Shown: positions 51,399-60,057 of the stretch, piece after piece
How positions within the stretch are numbered: the first letter of the stretch is position 1
Layout of the letters: each line of letters starts with the position of its first letter
Assembly (NCBI GenBank): GCA_963729715.1
Contig: CAVSPA010000010.1
Location: 64,001-128,000 of the forward strand
Direction: 5' to 3'
From: an uncultured delta proteobacterium
GTDB lineage: Bacteria; Desulfobacterota; Syntrophia; Syntrophales; UBA2185
DNA: 64,000 nucleotides
Translations under genes and position numbers: made by a program
The notes under the pieces: model-generated
The model's input: the letters and a program-made list of their open reading frames with translations, nothing else
Told to the model about the DNA's origin: nothing
The model's database searches: none

Positions 51399-53036
51399 GT
51401 GAAAAAAGACACGCCTAAGTCAGTGGAGAGCGGCACTGATATATCTCGCGTTGAAGCGGAAGCGGCGCGTCTGGCCACATTTCCCCAGCTAAACCCCAAT
51501 CCAATCGCCGAACTGGACTTTGCGGGGCAGATCCATTACCTTAACCCCGCTGCCGAGCGATTATTCCCGAATATCAGGCAACGCGGAACAGGGCATCCGT
51601 GGCTGGTAGATTGGGAGTCGTTAGTGCGCAAATTACGTGAAGGCGGGACGAAAGTAATTGTCAGAGAAGTAAGAGTCGGCGCGCGTTGGTGCCAGCAAAC
51701 GTTGCATTTAGTGGAAGAGACCCCGCGCATCCGTATCTACGGAATAGATATTACTGAGCGCAAGCTGGCGGAAGAGGAGCTTAAAAGACTCAACCGGATA
51801 CTCAAGGCTATCAGCGACAGCAGTCAGGCTATGATGCGCAGCACAAATGAAACGGAATTATTGCATGAAGTATGCAGGATCATCGTGGAAGACTGCGGTC
51901 ATGCCATGGTATGGATCGGCTATGCCGAGGATAATGAAGCCAAGACCGTCCGGCCTGTGGCATATGCCGGCTTTGAAGAATGGTATGTCGAAACATTAGA
52001 AATTACCTGGGCGGATACAAAACGTGGCCGCGGCCCCACGGGTACGGCTATCCGTACAGGGAAGCCGAGCGCTTGCACAAATATGCTGACAGACCCACTG
52101 TTCAAGCCATGGCGTGAAGAGGCTACAGAGCGGGGTTATGCATCTTCAATAGTTTTGCCTCTGATGGCTGGCGGCAAGGCCTTCGGCGCGGTAAACATTT
52201 ATTCAAGAGAATCTGATCCATTCTCAGAAGATGAGGTAAAATTACTTACTGAATTAGCCGACGATCTTGCCTATGGAATAATAGTGACCAGGTTCCGCGC
52301 CGAGCGCAAGAAGATGGAGGAAGATCTTAAACACCGCACTTTAGAACTGGAAGCCGTCAACCAGGAACTCGAAAGCTTTAGCTATTCTGTCTCCCACGAC
52401 CTTCGTGCACCTCTCCGCGCCATCGACGGGTATGCGCGCCTGATCCTCAAGAAACAGGGAGATAAGTTTGACCAAGACACCCTCGATAAATTTAACGTGA
52501 TCAGATCAAGCACGCACATGATGGGCCAGCTCATCGACGACCTATTAACCTTCTCCCGCCTGGGGAGGAAACATATATCCCTCACGCAGGTGGAAATGGA
52601 TATCCTTCTGAGAGATGCATGGAAAGAAGTGCAAGCGAGCGACTCGGAGAGGAACATTACGTTTACAGTAAACAGTATCCCGCCGGGCTACGCGGACAGG
52701 GCTCTCATCAAGCAGGTATTGACCAACCTGCTTTCCAACGCTGTTAAATTCACGAAATATAAAGATGCCGCCGAGATCGTTGTGGGGGGCTACGCTGATG
52801 GAAATGAGCACGTGTATTATGTCAGGGATAACGGCGCAGGCTTCGATATGGCCTATTACGATAAACTCTTCGGCGTCTTTCAGAGACTTCACAGCGCGGA
52901 CCAATTTGAAGGCACGGGCGTCGGCCTGGCAACCGTCCAGCGCATCATACACAGGCATGGCGGCAGGGTCTGGGCGGAAGGTAAAGTGAATGAAGGAGCC
53001 ATTTTCCATTTTTCTCTCCCCAAAAGCAGAGAATAG
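51399..53036 (+). CDS. PAS/GAF sensor histidine kinase
   Basis: PAS (PNPI), GAF (GRGPTGTAIRTG), SVSHDLRAPL, NLLSNAVKFT, GTGVGLA. Confidence 0.92.
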   Translation: MKKDTPKSVESGTDISRVEAEAARLATFPQLNPNPIAELDFAGQIHYLNPAAERLFPNIRQRGTGHPWLVDWESLVRKLREGGTKVIVREVRVGARWCQQTLHLVEETPRIRIYGIDITERKLAEEELKRLNRILKAISDSSQAMMRSTNETELLHEVCRIIVEDCGHAMVWIGYAEDNEAKTVRPVAYAGFEEWYVETLEITWADTKRGRGPTGTAIRTGKPSACTNMLTDPLFKPWREEATERGYASSIVLPLMAGGKAFGAVNIYSRESDPFSEDEVKLLTELADDLAYGIIVTRFRAERKKMEEDLKHRTLELEAVNQELESFSYSVSHDLRAPLRAIDGYARLILKKQGDKFDQDTLDKFNVIRSSTHMMGQLIDDLLTFSRLGRKHISLTQVEMDILLRDAWKEVQASDSERNITFTVNSIPPGYADRALIKQVLTNLLSNAVKFTKYKDAAEIVVGGYADGNEHVYYVRDNGAGFDMAYYDKLFGVFQRLHSADQFEGTGVGLATVQRIIHRHGGRVWAEGKVNEGAIFHFSLPKSRE

Positions 53037-53281
53037 TATTTGCAGTCGTAAATTAGTAGATTTAGAGGCATTAGGCTTTCTCAAAGAATAATTCTTATAT
53101 TTCCCTCAGAGTTCCTCCGATATCAGATAAGTCAAACACTCCTCACAAATCAGACTTTGAGGCACTTGCGTTAATTTTTCCAAGAGTCTACTATTATGTA
53201 TAAATGATGTAATAGCATTCAAATTCATCCTGATGAAGAAACAAAAGCGTATTACTTTCACAATTCCGAACGAGGTAAAGC

Positions 53282-53719
53282 GTGACTGAAAACGAACCGG
53301 AAATCTTACTTGTAGAGCAGAGCAAATATGACGTGGAGTTTATGCTTAAAGCTCTTGAGAAGTATAATCTGACCGAGAAGGTTAAGGTCTTTCCGGATGG
53401 AGGAGAGGTTCTGGACTATATTTTTGCAACTGGTAAATATTCAGGGTGTGATACTTGCAAGAAACTCAGGGTGATTATACTGGACGTAAAGTTGCCGAAG
53501 GTTGATGGGCTTGAGGTTCTTCAGAGGATCAGGGCCAGCGAGAAGACGAGAATGATTCCCGTAGTCATTTTTTCATCGTCAACGGAAGACCGAGACAGGA
53601 CAGAGGGTTACCGCTTGGGAGTAAACAGCTACGTCATTAAACTCTCCTCTTATGAGAACTTCGTCAATACTGTCGCCGAAATGGGTTCCTACTGGATGTT
53701 GCAGAACATCTCTGCCTGA
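53282..53719 (+). CDS. Single-domain response regulator
   Basis: ILDVKLPKVDGLEVL, IPVVIFSSS, GVNSYVIK. Confidence 0.85.
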   Translation: MTENEPEILLVEQSKYDVEFMLKALEKYNLTEKVKVFPDGGEVLDYIFATGKYSGCDTCKKLRVIILDVKLPKVDGLEVLQRIRASEKTRMIPVVIFSSSTEDRDRTEGYRLGVNSYVIKLSSYENFVNTVAEMGSYWMLQNISA

Positions 53720-53829
53720 TGAAAGCGGATCAAGATGCTTGAGACAAGCCATATTGATGGTGCCTTCCTAATATATCCTCCCCTCAAGTATTAAAGACTT
53801 CGATTTGTAATCGTTGGTATAACCGATGC

Positions 53830-54252
53830 GTGGATACATTGCTGCTTAATGAGACATCCATGGATGTACTAAGGGAGAAGCTAAAGCTTCAGAAAGATGG
53901 CGTTGAACATGTCTTTTACAATCACTTGTTAAGGCCTGTTCAATTTCGGAACCTCATACGCGCATTTGATAAAGCCGTTGAAAAGGCTGGTATAGATGAC
54001 CTGCGCTTCCATGATTTACCACATACTTTTGCTACTCGTCTTGTTCAGGGAGGTGTGGGGATATATGAGGTTCAGAAGCTAGGGAGATGGAAAAGTGTTA
54101 CCATGGTTCAACGATACGCCCACCATTACCCTGAAAGCCTCAGACCGGCAATAGAAGTCATGGATGGCATTAAGAAACCAATTATCACAAATTTATCACA
54201 ATTACAAAAAAATGGGGTTCATAAGCCCCATTTACAACTCGTAACATTTTGA
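53830..54252 (+). pseudogene. Integrase C-terminal remnant
   Basis: DLRFHDLPHTFATRL...MVQRYAH; N-terminal part absent; HxxR Arg replaced by Pro; abuts the att site. Confidence 0.85.
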
Positions 54253-54257
54253 TATTG

Positions 54258-54304
54258 CTGGTGGGCCGTATGGGACTTGAACCCACGACCAACGGATTAA
54301 AAGT
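54258..54304 (-). repeat. att site: 3' half of tRNA-Lys(UUU), copy 2
   Basis: Identical to 36764-36810; tRNA similarity stops within the anticodon stem. Confidence 0.92.
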
Positions 54305-54329
54305 CCATACTGATGAAAATTGAGCACCG

Positions 54330-54368
54330 ATGGGGATTGCAGGAATAGCCTGTGATCCCCATTTTTTT
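54330..54368 (+). terminator. Intrinsic terminator
   Basis: ATGGGGATTGCAGG / CCTGTGATCCCCAT stem followed by a T tract. Confidence 0.6.
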
Positions 54369-54535
54369 ATTTATTTAAATGGTGACTTCTATTTTCATTT
54401 TTGTTGACTTTTGTCGAATAGTTTTTAATGGTAATGGTTACAGATAGCGTTACATTCCGGGGATAGGGAGCGGCCCCGAATGGCGGTTTTCCTGGACCGT
54501 TTGACCCGGGCAGACAACAGAGCCGCCCTGATCGT

Positions 54536-55489
54536 TCATTGCTTGCGTCTAAAGGAATATCCTACTTTTTCTCCTATCTCTTTCAGGGACAAACCCTTTT
54601 TTCTCAAACGTTGAAGTCTTCTCTGGGTGCTTTTGATCTTTTGGCCAGCCGGGGTCAATCTCTTAGCCATAAGCGCGAGGGCTTTCTTTTCTGTCAATGC
54701 CCGATTAAGGTCTGTTATCTTATCCAGAAAATCTTCTGATTTCTCGTAGCGCCAGTTGCTCCGCTTTGGAGCGAGCTTGCCCGTATTAATCCAGGCATAA
54801 ACCGTTGTCCTTGGAATTTCATTATTCATTTTATCGGTAAAATACTTGCGATTATAGACCCTGACATGCGCGTCGAATCTCTCCTTCCCGTCGAACGCTT
54901 CTTTTGAATTTTCTCTTGTTTCGTCATTTTGTGCCCGTTCACCCATAGATATAAAGTGCATGAAGGACCGTAAGGCCTTTGCCGTCGGAGGGATTGAAAA
55001 TGTTTGGAGTCGCTCAAGAGTGTTTGTCGGGAAATCGTTGCTCCCGGAGAAAGCGGTCAAAGCTTGATAAAAGACTTCTTTATCTGCAAGGCCGTCATGG
55101 TAGAGATAAAGCGCGGTCTGTAGTGTTATAGATTTTTTGTCTGGACGGCCAGGATCAACGACAAGGAGATTTTGATAAGGCAGTCGACCGGAAAGACTTG
55201 CCTTGAATCTCTTGACACCTTTCTTCCGCGTGTCATGGAATATTGATTCTTTCAACGGGCCTCGATGTATTGCCAAGCGAATGTTTTTCTTGTTGGGAAG
55301 CTGACCCATCAAATAGAAATGATCACCTTCTTCGTATATACGTAACTTACACGGTTTATTGTAAACGCTCGGATATTCTGCTTTCAATTCCTCCTTTCTC
55401 TGAAGGATGTACTTGTTAACTGTAGCCTTAAAGGCCCTCGAGTGCCCCACAATTTGATCTGCAATATACTTAATCCCTGAAATGTCCAT
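54536..55489 (-). CDS. Basic hypothetical protein with HTH-like segments, putative regulator
   Basis: IPRTTVYAWINTGKL and LRKKGLSLKEIGEKVG; divergent from the replication operon. Confidence 0.6.
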   Translation of the reverse strand: MDISGIKYIADQIVGHSRAFKATVNKYILQRKEELKAEYPSVYNKPCKLRIYEEGDHFYLMGQLPNKKNIRLAIHRGPLKESIFHDTRKKGVKRFKASLSGRLPYQNLLVVDPGRPDKKSITLQTALYLYHDGLADKEVFYQALTAFSGSNDFPTNTLERLQTFSIPPTAKALRSFMHFISMGERAQNDETRENSKEAFDGKERFDAHVRVYNRKYFTDKMNNEIPRTTVYAWINTGKLAPKRSNWRYEKSEDFLDKITDLNRALTEKKALALMAKRLTPAGQKIKSTQRRLQRLRKKGLSLKEIGEKVGYSFRRKQ

Positions 55490-55559
55490 GAGTCATGCTC
55501 AATGTCGCTTTTGGTAATTAATAGCCTATGAGTAAAAGAAAGGCAAGGAGAAACAAAAT

Positions 55560-55805
55560 ATGGACAAAGAAAGGTATGTTCCGTTGAGAGACTGGAGTCG
55601 CCTGAAGCTTTTTGGTTTTCCATGGCAGAAGTCGTACGTATATAAATTGATTCACCGGAAGGAGTATCCGCAGCTCTTCCTAAAAATAGGCGGTGTTGTA
55701 GTTGTGGATCTGAATGCTTTGGAAAAAATAATTTCGTCTGCATCGTGCTCGACAAGGGAAAATGTGCCTGAGAAGGAGGAGCCGAACACGTGTGGCCTAA
55801 GTTAG
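55560..55805 (+). CDS. AlpA/excisionase-like small DNA-binding protein
   Basis: RBS AAGGAG; QKSYVYKLIHRKEYPQLFLKIGGVVVVD. Confidence 0.6.
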   Translation: MDKERYVPLRDWSRLKLFGFPWQKSYVYKLIHRKEYPQLFLKIGGVVVVDLNALEKIISSASCSTRENVPEKEEPNTCGLS

Positions 55806-56008
55806 TTTTTATTTTCAGCGAAAAGGGGCTCGAGCGATTGCGGATTTTTGGAAAGACGCCCGAGGAGAAGAAAAGAGGTGAGGATTTGATTTCGCGGCTG
55901 GAGATTGGGTTGGTCCTCATCGACTATGAGCTTCGGGGTGAGCTCGATAAACTGCGTGAAATCCTGGGCTCTACAGAGCTTGCTGATGGCGGGCGGCAGA
56001 GGCATTGA
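55790..56008 (+). CDS. Hypothetical protein
   Basis: RBS AAGGAGG; overlapping operon arrangement. Confidence 0.6.
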   Translation: MWPKLVFIFSEKGLERLRIFGKTPEEKKRGEDLISRLEIGLVLIDYELRGELDKLREILGSTELADGGRQRH

Positions 56009-56029
56009 TAAGGAAGGGGGAATATTATT

Positions 56030-56266
56030 GTGAGTAGTGTAATTGTTCACGAGGGAGGTTTTGTAGAGGTGGAAATTGACCAGGGCCTGCTTGTCCTAAC
56101 AGAGCAGGAATATAAAAAGGCTCTTAAACGTGGCGAGCCTGTTCTCAGAAACCGACAAAGGACCCCGGTACCATTAAAGAGGGTGCTACTCGATGTTGTT
56201 AAGAAATGTCAAGGTTTAGGGCGCTATGTCATTCCAGCCAACCAAAAAGTTCCGGCGCGAATATAG
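56030..56266 (+). CDS. Hypothetical protein
   Basis: RBS AAGGGGG, GTG start, operon context. Confidence 0.5.
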   Translation: MSSVIVHEGGFVEVEIDQGLLVLTEQEYKKALKRGEPVLRNRQRTPVPLKRVLLDVVKKCQGLGRYVIPANQKVPARI

Positions 56267-56420
56267 GCAACTCTTCCGGCAGGACCCGGCCGCAGCGAAT
56301 CTCTTTCTTTTGCTTGCCGAGCTCGCTGATAAGAGGGGCCGGATTGTTACTGATGAGAAGGAGCTCGCCGTCTTGATGGCTGCGCGTTTTGAAGATCCCA
56401 AGGAGTATGCACTGAAATGA
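56226..56420 (+). CDS. Hypothetical protein
   Basis: ATGA-coupled to the rep gene. Confidence 0.6.
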   Translation: MSFQPTKKFRREYRQLFRQDPAAANLFLLLAELADKRGRIVTDEKELAVLMAARFEDPKEYALK

Positions 56421-57202
56421 ACCGGGGTTATATTAAACTGTGGCGCAAGCTGCTCGATGCCGGGTGGCTCAAGAACCATCGTACCTGTGTCTTCTGGATA
56501 TATTGTCTATTAAAGGCATCACATAAAGCATACACGGTGATTGTCGGGACTCAGGCCGTTGATTTACTCCCCGGACAATTCGTCTTTGGACTGAGGAAAG
56601 CCGCTGATGAAACGGGCCTTACCGTCCGGCAAATCCGCACCTGTATTGCATTTCTAATTTCTACGCAAAATATGACAATCAAAACGACAAACAGATTTTC
56701 GATAATTACCATTGTAAATTGGGATATTTATCAACCTGCCAAAATCGAAAACGACACACAGAACGACAAACCATCGACAAGCAAACGGCAACATACAATA
56801 AGTAGAGAAGTTAAAAATAATATATATAGTCAGAATTCTCTCGAGGTCCTTTCCTATCTAAATGAGAAGACTGGTCGTAAATATCGTGATGCTTCCCATA
56901 TAGAAGCTCGTCTCAAGGACGGGGGCACTATTGCAGAATGTAAGCAGATCATCGACGCAAAGCTGACAGACCGTTACTTCATTGATAACCCCAAATATCT
57001 AAATCCCGTTACGCTGTTCCGCAAGTCTCATTGGGATAAGTATGTCAACGAGGGTCCGGTCCCGACAAAGACAGAGGCACCATCACCTCTTACTTGCCCC
57101 CGCTGCGGGCAACGCATCGTGGTCGAGGCTGATTTACGGGAAGGGGGCTGCGTTCATTGCCTTCGCAGATTAGAAAGCGCGAGACCGAGTAGGGGTAACT
57201 GA
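56417..57202 (+). CDS. Phage replication initiator (replisome-organiser N-terminus, conserved phage C-terminal domain, Zn ribbon)
   Basis: MNRGYIKLWRKL; PGQFV; IITIVNWDIYQ; LSYLNEKTGRKY...YLNPVTLF; CPRC...CVHC. Confidence 0.82.
   Translation: MNRGYIKLWRKLLDAGWLKNHRTCVFWIYCLLKASHKAYTVIVGTQAVDLLPGQFVFGLRKAADETGLTVRQIRTCIAFLISTQNMTIKTTNRFSIITIVNWDIYQPAKIENDTQNDKPSTSKRQHTISREVKNNIYSQNSLEVLSYLNEKTGRKYRDASHIEARLKDGGTIAECKQIIDAKLTDRYFIDNPKYLNPVTLFRKSHWDKYVNEGPVPTKTEAPSPLTCPRCGQRIVVEADLREGGCVHCLRRLESARPSRGN
56748..56830. other. Putative replication origin (iterons plus AT-rich tract) inside rep
   Basis: ACGACA/TCGACA/ACGGCA at 56751, 56763, 56774 and 56785, followed by an AT-rich run. Confidence 0.55.
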
Positions 57203-58581
57203 TGACTCGCAATAATAATATATCTCAACATCGTACACCACCCCACAGTCTTGAAGCCGAGCGTGCTGTTCTTGGAGGCATGCTCCTGGATAATAAGGCA
57301 GCCCCTATAGCCTTGACGCACCTGGACGCAGAGGGAAAAGACTTTTATTCAGAAGCGAACCGGACCATCTTTAAGACCGCCCTCAGCCTGATTGAAAAAG
57401 GCTTCTGTGATTCCCTCCTCCTTATCAATGCCCTCAGAGACAGAGGCACGCTCGATAAGGTCGGCGGTGCAAGTTATCTTGCGAGTCTTTATGACGACGC
57501 CATATCAAGCGCGAACATCGAGCATTATGCCCGGATCATCCGAGAGAAGTCTCTTGCTCGGGCCCTGATCGGTGCAGCTCAGTCCATCCTCGAGCTGGCC
57601 TATTCTCCGAATGGAACAGGCGCAGCGGAGTTACTGGAAGAAGCTCAGAGGTCCGTCTTTGAAATTGCCGCATCGGGGAAGAAATCAGATATCCGGAAAG
57701 CGCGAGAAGTAGCGTCAAAGGCTTTTTCTATCATCGAGAAACGGTATCAGCAAGGGGATGAACTGATCGGAATCAGCACGGGCCTGAAAGACCTGGATGA
57801 TATTACCTTGGGTTTGCAGGACTCCGAACTTGTTATTGTCGCGGGAAGGCCAGGCATGGGGAAGACAGCCCTTGCCGTCAATATTGCCGAGCATGCAGCC
57901 CTGGAGGATGTGCCTACCGCGATCTTCTCGCTCGAAATGTCGGCTGAATCTTTGATGCTCCGGATCTTTGCAGGAATGTCCGGGATCGATGCAAGGCAGA
58001 TCAGGCGCGGATTAATCGGGGAAGCCGAGTGGCCGCGTCTTGTGCAGGTTGCAGGTTTGATCGGAATGGCGCCGCTATTCATAGACGACTCTCCCGGGCT
58101 CACCCCCTTAGAACTGAAAGCCAGGGCACGGCGGCTGAAACATGAACACGGAATCGGACTCCTCATTCTTGATTACCTGCAGTTGATGAGAGGTACATCA
58201 AAACGAGAGAGCCGGGAACAGGAGATTGCTGAGATCAGCCGTTCATTGAAAGCTCTGGCCAGGGAATTGGAAATCCCGGTTATAGCCTGCTCTCAGTTGA
58301 ACAGGCAGGTTGAAAACCGATCAGACAGGCGACCAGGGCTTGCAGACCTCAGAGAATCCGGCGCGATTGAGCAGGATGCAGACGTGATCATGTTCTTATA
58401 CAGGGATGAGATTTACAACAAGTCTGAAAACAATCCTGAAAAGGGAGTCGCTGAGATCATCATCGGCAAGCAGAGGAACGGCCCTTCAGGATACAGGACC
58501 AGGGTACAGTTCCAGACGGAGATTCAGAAGTTCCGGGATCTCGCAAGGCAGGAGTCGAAAGAGGACCGGCGATATAGATAA
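57202..58581 (+). CDS. dnaB: Replicative DNA helicase DnaB (element-encoded)
   Basis: PPHSLEAERAVLG, AGRPGMGKT, FSLEM, DYLQLM, SQLNR, LRESGAIEQDAD, KQRNGP. Confidence 0.95.
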   Translation: MTRNNNISQHRTPPHSLEAERAVLGGMLLDNKAAPIALTHLDAEGKDFYSEANRTIFKTALSLIEKGFCDSLLLINALRDRGTLDKVGGASYLASLYDDAISSANIEHYARIIREKSLARALIGAAQSILELAYSPNGTGAAELLEEAQRSVFEIAASGKKSDIRKAREVASKAFSIIEKRYQQGDELIGISTGLKDLDDITLGLQDSELVIVAGRPGMGKTALAVNIAEHAALEDVPTAIFSLEMSAESLMLRIFAGMSGIDARQIRRGLIGEAEWPRLVQVAGLIGMAPLFIDDSPGLTPLELKARARRLKHEHGIGLLILDYLQLMRGTSKRESREQEIAEISRSLKALARELEIPVIACSQLNRQVENRSDRRPGLADLRESGAIEQDADVIMFLYRDEIYNKSENNPEKGVAEIIIGKQRNGPSGYRTRVQFQTEIQKFRDLARQESKEDRRYR

Positions 58582-58609
58582 GGCGAAAATACCGTTACAC
58601 AGGCGTTAC

Positions 58610-58849
58610 ATGATGAAGGAAACCCGCACCGACAAAGGAACACAGAAGGACGCACGGATTGGTAATCCAATTCCGAAACGCCTCTTTAATCTTAAAGAGG
58701 CTGCTGCATACCTTGGCCGGCCAGTGTCCGGAGTCCGCACCCTGATTTGGAATGGCCGGTTGCAATATATCCAGGAAGGGAAAAAGCAGTATATCGATCT
58801 GAGAGACTTGGATAATTACGTCGATCGCAATAAACAAACGATGATTTAG
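58610..58849 (+). CDS. Excisionase-like HTH protein
   Basis: RLFNLKEAAAYLGRPVSGVRTLIWNGRL...YIDLRDLD. Confidence 0.8.
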   Translation: MMKETRTDKGTQKDARIGNPIPKRLFNLKEAAAYLGRPVSGVRTLIWNGRLQYIQEGKKQYIDLRDLDNYVDRNKQTMI

Positions 58850-58864
58850 GAAAGGAGAGACATC

Positions 58865-60046
58865 ATGAGTGGCGTACTTGGTAGCATAGGAAACACATTA
58901 TTCGGCAGCTCGCAGAATGCGCAGCAGACGGGCTCGACAACACCAACGTTTGCATCGCAGGGGCAATCGGATTTATTTAATCAGCTGACACAGCTTCTGA
59001 GCGGCCAGTTGGGACAGGGCGTCCCGACGTATACAGGCCAAACGGGTCAATCAACGGCAGCCGGAACGCAGCCCCTTCAGAATCTGTCTTACGACATGAT
59101 TCAGCAGCTGTTGGGCCAGTATCCGGGCGGCGCTTCGAGCATACCGCAAACCTCCCAGGCGGGCGGCGTCTTGAGCAATATACTCAATACCGGCTTGGCA
59201 TCGAACGTGTCTCAAGCTCCGACCTACGCGCAAGGTGCCGGGACCCTTGATACCCTCCTGCAGAATTGGGACCCCAAATCGGCCACGCAAATGTGGCAGA
59301 GCACGTATGTCAACCCCGCTCTCGACACATGGAAGAAAGACGTGGCGCCGGCGATCAACGAACAGTTCATTGGAATGAATGCCGAGCGTTCACAGGCCGA
59401 CCCTGACGCCCTGGCCAAGTCTCTGGGTACGGTGCAGACGAATCTCCAGGGCCAGCTTGCAAACATTCTTTACAGCGGGCAACAGGCGAATCTACAGCAG
59501 CAGCAGACCGGCGTGAACCAAGCGCTTCAGTATGCAGAACTTCCGCTTTCATTGTCGCAAAATGCGGCTAACCTACAGGCCCAAGGAGTTACTCAGGCAG
59601 GTCAATACGGCACGAACATACTTGACAGTATCATGCAGGAAATCGGAACGGGTCTGTCCGGAGGTTCTACACAATATGGCGTAGCCCAGAATCAGGCCAC
59701 GGCCGGTTATCAGAACTGGCTGTCAGGACAGGGTTACAGCAATCCCTATCTGTCATATCTCCAGCAAGCTTTAGGCAATACCTACGGAGCGCAGCCGATC
59801 GTACAGGGGCCGCAGACGACGCCGGGGCTTCTTTCCTCCATACTCCCAGGGCTGAGTACCGGGCTCGGCTTAGGAATGGGCAGTAACTTGGCTGGCAGCG
59901 GTTCGAGCTTAAGTGCTTTGTTAAATAGCTTAATGGGTAGCAGCGGCGGAAGTTCTCCATTATCTCTATTAACTCCACAGTCCGCACTCACAACTCAAGC
60001 CGGTGGTCCTTTCTCGGTATTATCAGACCTTGCACTTGCACCATAA
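58865..60046 (+). CDS. Gln/Gly/Ser-rich protein resembling podophage DNA-ejection (internal virion) proteins
   Basis: RBS AAGGAG; very few charged residues; Gly-rich amphipathic N- and C-terminal segments; call is from composition and context only. Confidence 0.5.
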   Translation: MSGVLGSIGNTLFGSSQNAQQTGSTTPTFASQGQSDLFNQLTQLLSGQLGQGVPTYTGQTGQSTAAGTQPLQNLSYDMIQQLLGQYPGGASSIPQTSQAGGVLSNILNTGLASNVSQAPTYAQGAGTLDTLLQNWDPKSATQMWQSTYVNPALDTWKKDVAPAINEQFIGMNAERSQADPDALAKSLGTVQTNLQGQLANILYSGQQANLQQQQTGVNQALQYAELPLSLSQNAANLQAQGVTQAGQYGTNILDSIMQEIGTGLSGGSTQYGVAQNQATAGYQNWLSGQGYSNPYLSYLQQALGNTYGAQPIVQGPQTTPGLLSSILPGLSTGLGLGMGSNLAGSGSSLSALLNSLMGSSGGSSPLSLLTPQSALTTQAGGPFSVLSDLALAP

Positions 60047-60057
60047 GGAGGTAAATC

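Larger units (their letters stand above)
36764..54304. mobile_element. Genomic island 1 integrated at tRNA-Lys (decayed)
   Basis: Bounded by 47-bp direct repeats; integrase remnant at the right end; mosaic, often AT-rich cargo. Confidence 0.88.

Noticed and set aside
58406..58609. 147-aa version of the xis-like ORF
   Set aside because: The extension overlaps dnaB; the HTH protein plausibly starts at 58610 or 58613.
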